From UHGV virus genome UHGV-1357609: a stretch of 42,425 bases of DNA; one strand, 5' to 3'. Origin of the DNA: a virus. The position numbers and the translations under genes are program-made. Under the pieces are notes generated by a model that saw nothing but the letters and a program-made list of their open reading frames with translations, ran no database searches and was not told the DNA's origin. Below, piece after piece: positions 35,815 to 42,425 of this stretch. Each line of letters begins with the position of its first letter. Position 1 is the stretch's first letter.

Positions 35815-36753
35815 TTGATATTACATGATGTTGAGGTATACAAAAATAAAGAACGTTTGCGTATTAGTAACAATCGCTTTACTGGTACTGCGTTGAGAGT
35901 TGTTTCTTACGATGTTAAAGGTGCAGGCTATGACCGAAAGTTTGATGAAATTGATCGTGTTAACGGTAGATTTCATAATGCTACTAAAGAAGAAAAGAAA
36001 AGTATATCTATGACGGTTAGGTACGATGTAGAAAAGATAGCTTATGCTTCTCATCTAAAATCAGATATACAAGCTATGCTTAGGGGGGAATTCTATTTAA
36101 GAGAATTAGCTTCTCCAGAAAACGAGATATTGTTCGAAAATATCTTTCAACCTAAAGAACAAAAGTTTGAACTTGAATATGTAGACGGTAGGCAGATACT
36201 TGTTGGCTTAGTTAATGAAGTGTCATTCGATACTACTAAAACGTCAGGTGAATTCACACTAGATTTCGAAACGATTGAATTACCATACTTTGAGAGTATT
36301 GGGTATAGTACAGATTTAGAAAAAGAGAGTGGTAATTTGAATAAATGGGGTATTCCAGACAAAAACCCGTTCAACACATCTCATAAAGAACGTAGATACA
36401 CATTCTATGACACTAAAGTGGGCGATGTATATTACGGTGGTACAGCTGAAATTAACCAATTTAACCAAGATAGTGTTGTAGAAATGACACTTGGAGAAAA
36501 TGTCAGTAAAAATGATAGCGATGGTTTTAACTTCTATATGACACATAGTGACATTATGAAAATAAGTGGATTAGAATTGAGAGCCGGTGATGTTATCAAA
36601 TTTGACGGCATTCATGTATATCGTAATAACTTACGCATTGATGATTACAACAAGACAAAACAACAACCTGTATTAATGCCTGGTTGGAATACCTTCCATA
36701 CTACTAAGAAACTTCAAAAAATTACGTTTAAACATAAAAGATATTACTTGTAA
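35815..36753 (+). CDS. Distal tail protein (Dit), TTG start
   Basis: Its position after the tape measure gene. The RBS AAAGGAG precedes the TTG start. Confidence 0.7.
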   Translation: MILHDVEVYKNKERLRISNNRFTGTALRVVSYDVKGAGYDRKFDEIDRVNGRFHNATKEEKKSISMTVRYDVEKIAYASHLKSDIQAMLRGEFYLRELASPENEILFENIFQPKEQKFELEYVDGRQILVGLVNEVSFDTTKTSGEFTLDFETIELPYFESIGYSTDLEKESGNLNKWGIPDKNPFNTSHKERRYTFYDTKVGDVYYGGTAEINQFNQDSVVEMTLGENVSKNDSDGFNFYMTHSDIMKISGLELRAGDVIKFDGIHVYRNNLRIDDYNKTKQQPVLMPGWNTFHTTKKLQKITFKHKRYYL

Positions 36754-36766
36754 GGAGGTTGCTTAA

Positions 36767-38623
36767 TTGCCAATATTATTAAAAACGTTACAGGGCATTG
36801 GGCAATCCCTACCTGTAGAAACAAAATTAAACGAGAAATTAAATGAAGATGGCTCCTTAGAAATAGAAATGGTAGAAAACAAAGCTACATTTGACGCTAT
36901 AGGGGCTATTACTAAAATGTGGACGATTACAGGTGTTGGTGGTGCTGATGACCTAAACGAATACCGTATCGTTATGTTAGACAAAACAACTGTAGGTCAA
37001 AAGGAAAAGTTAACAATCAAAGCGCGTCCTGTTGAATTAGACGACCTAAACAATTTAAGGGTGTACGAAGTATATAATGGTAGTTTTACAGGAAAAAGCT
37101 ACTTTGATTTAGTTTTTAAAGATACTGGATATAAGTACGAATTACACGCTAAGGTTTCATCTTCTAGGTTTGAAAATCTAGGTAACCACGACACTAATTT
37201 AGAATTATTCAAAAAAGGTTTGGAAAGATATAACTTAGAATATGAATATAACGCCAAAACAAAGACGTTTCATTTATATGATATTGTTCAAAGAAAAGCT
37301 AACTATTACATTAAAGCAGGTGTCAATGCTAATAATGTAAAAGTTCAAGAAGATGCTTCTAAATGTTACACATACATTAGAGGGTATGGTGGCTTTGATG
37401 AGCAACAAACTTTCAACGAAGCTAGCTTGCAATATGAGTATACACACCCCTTAGCTGACTTAATAGGCAAACGCCATGCACCACCTGTTATAGATGGACG
37501 CATAACTACAGGGGATACACTGAAAAAATCTATGGAGTTAGTTATACAAGAAAGTTTAAAAACATCTGTAACACTAGATTTCATTTCTTTGCAAAAACAT
37601 TTTAAAGAAGCAGTGCCTAGAGTTGGGGATATTGTGAATGTAATTGATGATTTAATAGGTTTAAATGAGTTTGTTAGAATTATCGAAATCACTACACAAC
37701 GAGATATTAACAACAAGATTATAAAACAAGACGTAGTACTTGGGGAATTCAGATTACAAGATAGATATATGAAAGCAGTAAATACTGCTGCAAATTATGT
37801 TAAAGCTATTAAGTCTAACAAATCTGATCCAGCTAAAGACTTAAGGATGATTCAAGCTCAAAACAACGCAAATACTAAGACTGCACAAGATTTGCAGAAG
37901 AAAACCGATGAAATAAAAAGAAGATTAGAAAGCGCGCATGCTAAGAGTGTTACAACTGCAAACGGTACTATTGTTCACGACTTTACACCTAAGTCTAAGA
38001 TTAGGAAAGTTAAAACAATAGGTACTATTGGAGATTCTGTCGCTAAAGGTACTGGTGCTAAAACTAACTTTACTCAAATGTTAGCTAAGAAGATAAAGGC
38101 TAAATCAACAAACTTAGCTGTTAGTGGTGCGACAATGAGCACAAACAAAGATAATAGCATTTATGAACAAGCGACCAAAATTAAATCTGATTTAATCATT
38201 GTGCAAGGTACAGATGATGATTGGACTAATGATATTAATATAGGCACTGATAAAACGGATACTAAAACGTTTTACGGTGCCTTTTATAGTGCTATCACTA
38301 AAATCAAGAGTAATAACCCTAACTCTAAAATAATTGTTATGACACCTACTAAACAATGTTATATAAAAGACGGCAAAACCGTAAGAAAAGACACTACTAA
38401 GAACGATTTAGGTCACACTTTAGCTGATTATGTAGATGTTCAAATAGACGCTTGTAACGAACTGGATATACCTGTTTATGACGCTTATCATTCAACACAA
38501 TTCAAACCCAATATACCTTCGTACAGAAAATCGAGTATGCCTGACGGGGTACACCCTAATGAAAAAGGGCACGAGGTCATTATGTACGAATTGATTAAAA
38601 ACTTTTATGGTTTTTATGGCTAA
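36767..38623 (+). CDS. Tail-associated lysin (Tal) with a C-terminal SGNH/GDSL esterase domain, TTG start
   Basis: GDS motif IGDSVAKGTG, plus a C-terminal DGVHPN motif typical of SGNH hydrolases. Confidence 0.75.
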   Translation: MPILLKTLQGIGQSLPVETKLNEKLNEDGSLEIEMVENKATFDAIGAITKMWTITGVGGADDLNEYRIVMLDKTTVGQKEKLTIKARPVELDDLNNLRVYEVYNGSFTGKSYFDLVFKDTGYKYELHAKVSSSRFENLGNHDTNLELFKKGLERYNLEYEYNAKTKTFHLYDIVQRKANYYIKAGVNANNVKVQEDASKCYTYIRGYGGFDEQQTFNEASLQYEYTHPLADLIGKRHAPPVIDGRITTGDTLKKSMELVIQESLKTSVTLDFISLQKHFKEAVPRVGDIVNVIDDLIGLNEFVRIIEITTQRDINNKIIKQDVVLGEFRLQDRYMKAVNTAANYVKAIKSNKSDPAKDLRMIQAQNNANTKTAQDLQKKTDEIKRRLESAHAKSVTTANGTIVHDFTPKSKIRKVKTIGTIGDSVAKGTGAKTNFTQMLAKKIKAKSTNLAVSGATMSTNKDNSIYEQATKIKSDLIIVQGTDDDWTNDINIGTDKTDTKTFYGAFYSAITKIKSNNPNSKIIVMTPTKQCYIKDGKTVRKDTTKNDLGHTLADYVDVQIDACNELDIPVYDAYHSTQFKPNIPSYRKSSMPDGVHPNEKGHEVIMYELIKNFYGFYG

Positions 38624-38637
38624 GGAGGTCAAAAAAT

Positions 38638-41304
38638 TTGAAATTAGATAACTTAATTACGAAACTTCACTCGTACTTTAGTCAAAAGTTTGTAAGTCAA
38701 CTTGAGAATAACTTCGAACAAATAAAATACTGGACTAATAAAAGTGATGATAGCTTTAACGAGCATTTAACCACTCAAAAAAATGCGCATACAACTGATC
38801 AAATCAAACACAAAACTACAAAAGGTAAAGATGTCGTATTATCTAATCATGAAAATTATCAAGATGAACTTATTGAACATCTTGTGTTAGGTCATAACGG
38901 TGATGGCAATAACGAATTAAAAGCTAGTCACACATCAATGGACGCTCAAAGTTTCGATTCTTTACACCAACGTCTATATCACGACTTTTTAAGAGAAAGT
39001 AACGCTAGAGAAGAACTAAGAGCCGACTTAACTAAGAAAATACAACGTATTGTTAACGTTGATGACTTTGGCGGAGATCCTACAGGTCAAAAGGACAGTA
39101 CGAAAGCTTTCCAAGACGCATTAGGTAACGGCAATGTACAGGTAACTATGAGTGGTGGTACTTACCTTACAACAGGTATTAAAATGCCTAACAACTCTCG
39201 TTTGGTAGGACAAGGTAAAGACATTACTACAATTAAGTTTATGGACGAAACACCTGCAGAAAATATTGGTATCACTAACTTAAAAATGAGTGGTGGAGCT
39301 GAAAACATTTCATTAGAAAGTTTTTCGTTCAACGGGAATAAGTTTAGACAAAATAAAACACTTAAAGCTACCGGTGGTTCTCGTTCATCTAACATTAGAT
39401 TTGCGGGTGTAACTAATGGATATATCTATAACGTTAAATCATATGACGCTTTACTACACTGTATCGATGTAACATATGCAAATGACAATTATTACTACGA
39501 AGGCGATGGAAACAGAGTGCCTTACGCATTAGAAAGTAAGCATATTCATATTGATAATTGTGAGGTATATGGTTGCGGAGATGATGGTATCACTACCCAT
39601 CACTCTCGTTACATTACAATTTCTAATTGTTATGCACATACACCAACAGGTGGAAGTAATAACAACGGTGTAGAAATTGACGATGGCTCACAATATGTGT
39701 TCTTATCAAACAACAGAACCAAAGGTAACTTCGGTGGTTTAGAAATCAAAGCACACAGTAATGCAAGTGCTGCAAGTGGTGTGTTCGTTAACGGTCACGT
39801 ATCAATCGAAGATACAAGAGCTTACAACATTCGACACATCGGTCATCATAGAGCTAAAACGGACAATAAAAGTTTGACTGCTTATGACGTGGTGCTAAAT
39901 AATTGCTTAGCTTTAAACCCTAAATACAATGGTGTGTATCCAGGCTCAACACCTAGAGCATTATTAATCAGTGCTTATAAAAATGTATCAGTCAATAATT
40001 TCACTGCAATTGGTGATGATGATTTCGGAAAATTAGAAGGTGGAAAACTAGATAAAAAACAACCAGCAATAGCCATCCAATTCATGTCCGAAAACATCTC
40101 GCTTAATAATATTAATGTGCGTAACTTTAAAAATGCAGAAGTAGATATTAGATTATTTGGCGGAGATAATAGACCTTCAAGAGTTATTTTAAACAATATC
40201 AATATTTGGAATTCATCTAACAATATCGGTATCGGTGTTGGAAGTAAAATATACGATACTAAAATAACTAATTGTAACTTACACGGTAATGGTTCGGGCA
40301 TAGGATTACGTTTGACAAATAACCACGCTATGATTAGTGGTATCACAGCAAACAATTATTCAACACCTGCATGGATAGCCGGCGAAAAATACGACACACC
40401 TCCTACAGTTGGAAAAGGTGGTGCTAGTATAGCGTCTACAGGAAGTGCAGGCGTAGCTAATGCTAGTGCAGTTATTGCGTCAACAGGTGGTTCGAAAGCA
40501 TACAGTAATCGTAGCTTTGTATTAGGTTCTGGTGCTAACTCCAAATCTTATGGATCACGTAGTGGTATTATCAACTCGTTAAATTCAGAAACAGACAAGT
40601 CAGGACACACACAATTAATTCTTAATAGTAATCGTGTTAAGTCACCTGGTAACTATCATGTTGTCGCTGGATATGGTTCTAGTGGTAATGCTTCTACATC
40701 TAACATTAAATTTGATTTAAGCACTTATTCAGGAAACTTAACTTTAGCCGGTCAACTTAAACAAGATAGTGCCGATATCGCAGAGTTATTTGAGTCACAA
40801 AATGGATTAGCAATCGATTTAGGAACTATCGTTACATTAGACGGCGATAAGATAAGAAAAGCGCAACCTAATGACACACCAATTGGCGTTATATCTGGAA
40901 CTGCTGCATTGGTAGCAAATGAAAAAACATTCCACCATAAAGATAGATTTTTAAAAAATGAGTATGGAGTAACGATTACAAACAGAAAACAAGTTGAATT
41001 TGTAGACGATGAAGGAAATGTTTCTTTCGAATGGCGTGACATACCAGTAGAAAACCCTGAATATAACGACAAAATCGATTATCAATCACGTTCAGAACGA
41101 CCTGAATGGAATGTAGTCGGATTATTAGGTCAAATCTACACGAACATTGAAAAAGACGTTATACCAGGCGACTATATCAACGGTAGAGCAGGTGTAGGAT
41201 ATAAAGATAATGTGAATGGTAAAGGTCGTGTCATGAAAATAACTTCTGAATACACTGAAGAACGTGGATGTGCAATAGCATTAGTATTGTGGGGTGCTAA
41301 ATAA
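38638..41304 (+). CDS. Tail fibre / appendage protein with a right-handed parallel beta-helix (pectate-lyase-like) region; possible depolymerase. TTG start
   Basis: Repetitive N/G/S-rich beta-helix-like segments (NNRTKGNFGGLEIKAHSNAS ..., NNINIWNSSNNIGIGVG) and a Gly/Ser/Ala-rich C-terminal stretch. Confidence 0.6.
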   Translation: MKLDNLITKLHSYFSQKFVSQLENNFEQIKYWTNKSDDSFNEHLTTQKNAHTTDQIKHKTTKGKDVVLSNHENYQDELIEHLVLGHNGDGNNELKASHTSMDAQSFDSLHQRLYHDFLRESNAREELRADLTKKIQRIVNVDDFGGDPTGQKDSTKAFQDALGNGNVQVTMSGGTYLTTGIKMPNNSRLVGQGKDITTIKFMDETPAENIGITNLKMSGGAENISLESFSFNGNKFRQNKTLKATGGSRSSNIRFAGVTNGYIYNVKSYDALLHCIDVTYANDNYYYEGDGNRVPYALESKHIHIDNCEVYGCGDDGITTHHSRYITISNCYAHTPTGGSNNNGVEIDDGSQYVFLSNNRTKGNFGGLEIKAHSNASAASGVFVNGHVSIEDTRAYNIRHIGHHRAKTDNKSLTAYDVVLNNCLALNPKYNGVYPGSTPRALLISAYKNVSVNNFTAIGDDDFGKLEGGKLDKKQPAIAIQFMSENISLNNINVRNFKNAEVDIRLFGGDNRPSRVILNNINIWNSSNNIGIGVGSKIYDTKITNCNLHGNGSGIGLRLTNNHAMISGITANNYSTPAWIAGEKYDTPPTVGKGGASIASTGSAGVANASAVIASTGGSKAYSNRSFVLGSGANSKSYGSRSGIINSLNSETDKSGHTQLILNSNRVKSPGNYHVVAGYGSSGNASTSNIKFDLSTYSGNLTLAGQLKQDSADIAELFESQNGLAIDLGTIVTLDGDKIRKAQPNDTPIGVISGTAALVANEKTFHHKDRFLKNEYGVTITNRKQVEFVDDEGNVSFEWRDIPVENPEYNDKIDYQSRSERPEWNVVGLLGQIYTNIEKDVIPGDYINGRAGVGYKDNVNGKGRVMKITSEYTEERGCAIALVLWGAK

Positions 41305-42425
41305 TGGAATTAGAAAAAGTAGGTAAACTTGATTTAAACGAAGAACCATATTTACAACCGATATCTAATAGAGGTATCGGTTTTTATAATCTCGATAAAA
41401 ACACTGCTAAATTTCAATTTGTAGTACAAAAAGACAACAAACCTTTGTTAATCAGCGATAAGAATGTTAAAGGTTATGCTTTCTTTAAAGCTGCGAACGG
41501 AACAGAAGAAAAACGACCTAGTACATCAGGTGTATTAGACGTAGAATTCATTGATCCAATGAAAGGATTAATAGGTGTTACGGTACCTCAATGGTTTCTG
41601 AAAAACGTTGTCGATTCTGAAGTGTTGGGTGAAATTTACTTATCACTCAACGATGTAAACAACGTAGGAAAAGACGACACTGTTGTGTTAGGCACTTTTA
41701 AATTCACGGTACGCGACAGTCTTATCAATCAAATCGAAAGTGATATCAAAGTATCTTATATTCGAATGTTTGATGAATTGCGTTCGGAATTAGAAAAGAA
41801 AGTGCAACAACTTAAGCAAGATATAGGCGATACACAAACGTTGATTGAAACTATAAGACAAACAGCTGAAGATTATCTAATTAAGATAAACAAAGCTCAA
41901 GCAGACGCTATTGTTTCAATTACAGACGCATTAATGTCGTCTAACCAAAGTATTGAGTTAGAGAGAGAAGAAGCTTTAAGACAAATAGACTCTAAACGTG
42001 ACGCTATCAAGACGGATTATGATTTAGCTTACGATAATTTCAAAAATCTATACGACAGTAATTTGGAACAATTCACAAGCAATGTTAACGATGCTAATAC
42101 CACAATCGATGGAAAAGTTAGCTCTTTTAAAGAATTGTTAGATAATGACGGTTTTACAACACCAGCGTTTGTTGAACAAAAGTTTACAGATGCTAATTGG
42201 CAAAAGTACAAACTCACTAATGATGATGGAACTAATTTTTATGATGCCAACCTACAAATAGATTTTAATAACAACGAACAATTAATGTCTTTACCAATAG
42301 GTACGAGATATGTTGTTCTTACTTTGAATAATCCAAGCGGAACTAATAACAATGGTTGGTTAACAAAGTACAAAAGAAATGGAGATGCTGTTTTAATACA
42401 ATACCAACCTTACAATTCAACTGTA
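41304..42425 (+). CDS. N-terminal part of a tail fibre / receptor-binding protein. It is open to the window end and probably continues at position 1
   Basis: The ATG overlaps the upstream stop (TAATG). There is no stop through 42425. A coiled-coil segment (QLKQDIGDTQTLIETIRQ) fits a fibre. Confidence 0.6.
   Translation, partial: MELEKVGKLDLNEEPYLQPISNRGIGFYNLDKNTAKFQFVVQKDNKPLLISDKNVKGYAFFKAANGTEEKRPSTSGVLDVEFIDPMKGLIGVTVPQWFLKNVVDSEVLGEIYLSLNDVNNVGKDDTVVLGTFKFTVRDSLINQIESDIKVSYIRMFDELRSELEKKVQQLKQDIGDTQTLIETIRQTAEDYLIKINKAQADAIVSITDALMSSNQSIELEREEALRQIDSKRDAIKTDYDLAYDNFKNLYDSNLEQFTSNVNDANTTIDGKVSSFKELLDNDGFTTPAFVEQKFTDANWQKYKLTNDDGTNFYDANLQIDFNNNEQLMSLPIGTRYVVLTLNNPSGTNNNGWLTKYKRNGDAVLIQYQPYNSTV

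Noticed and set aside
1-42425. CRISPR array, transposase/IS element, toxin genes in the post-lysin moron position
   Set aside because: No repeat-spacer periodicity or DDE/transposase ORF was seen. The space between the endolysin and int is only attP-like non-coding DNA.

Overview
The window reads as a near-complete, densely coded genome of a temperate, low-GC siphovirus. Its organisation is Staphylococcus-like (phi11/80alpha-type). No rRNA, tRNA, CRISPR array or transposase was found.

Gene order is: tail-fibre/lysis genes at 1-6991; attP plus tyrosine integrase at 7000-8360; lysogeny switch at 8419-11151 (lipoprotein, CI, Cro, Bro-N antirepressor); replication/recombination module at 11.6-17.2 kb (Gp157, Sak4-like ATPase, DUF669, replisome organiser with internal iterons, DnaC-like loader, RusA); accessory small genes (HNH, SNase-like, MazG); a late-regulator candidate followed by an unusual 467-bp non-coding leader; then terS, terL, portal, head, tail, tape measure, Dit, Tal, a beta-helix fibre and the start of a fibre gene that appears to run on into position 1.

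The frame that is open at the window end is also open from base 1, and int sits directly beside the lysin rather than at a host junction. Both fit a circularly permuted or excised phage genome rather than an integrated prophage. Several CDS shorter than 60 aa were called by hand because they are missing from the ORF track.

All functional calls come from motifs I recognise by eye; no database search was run.
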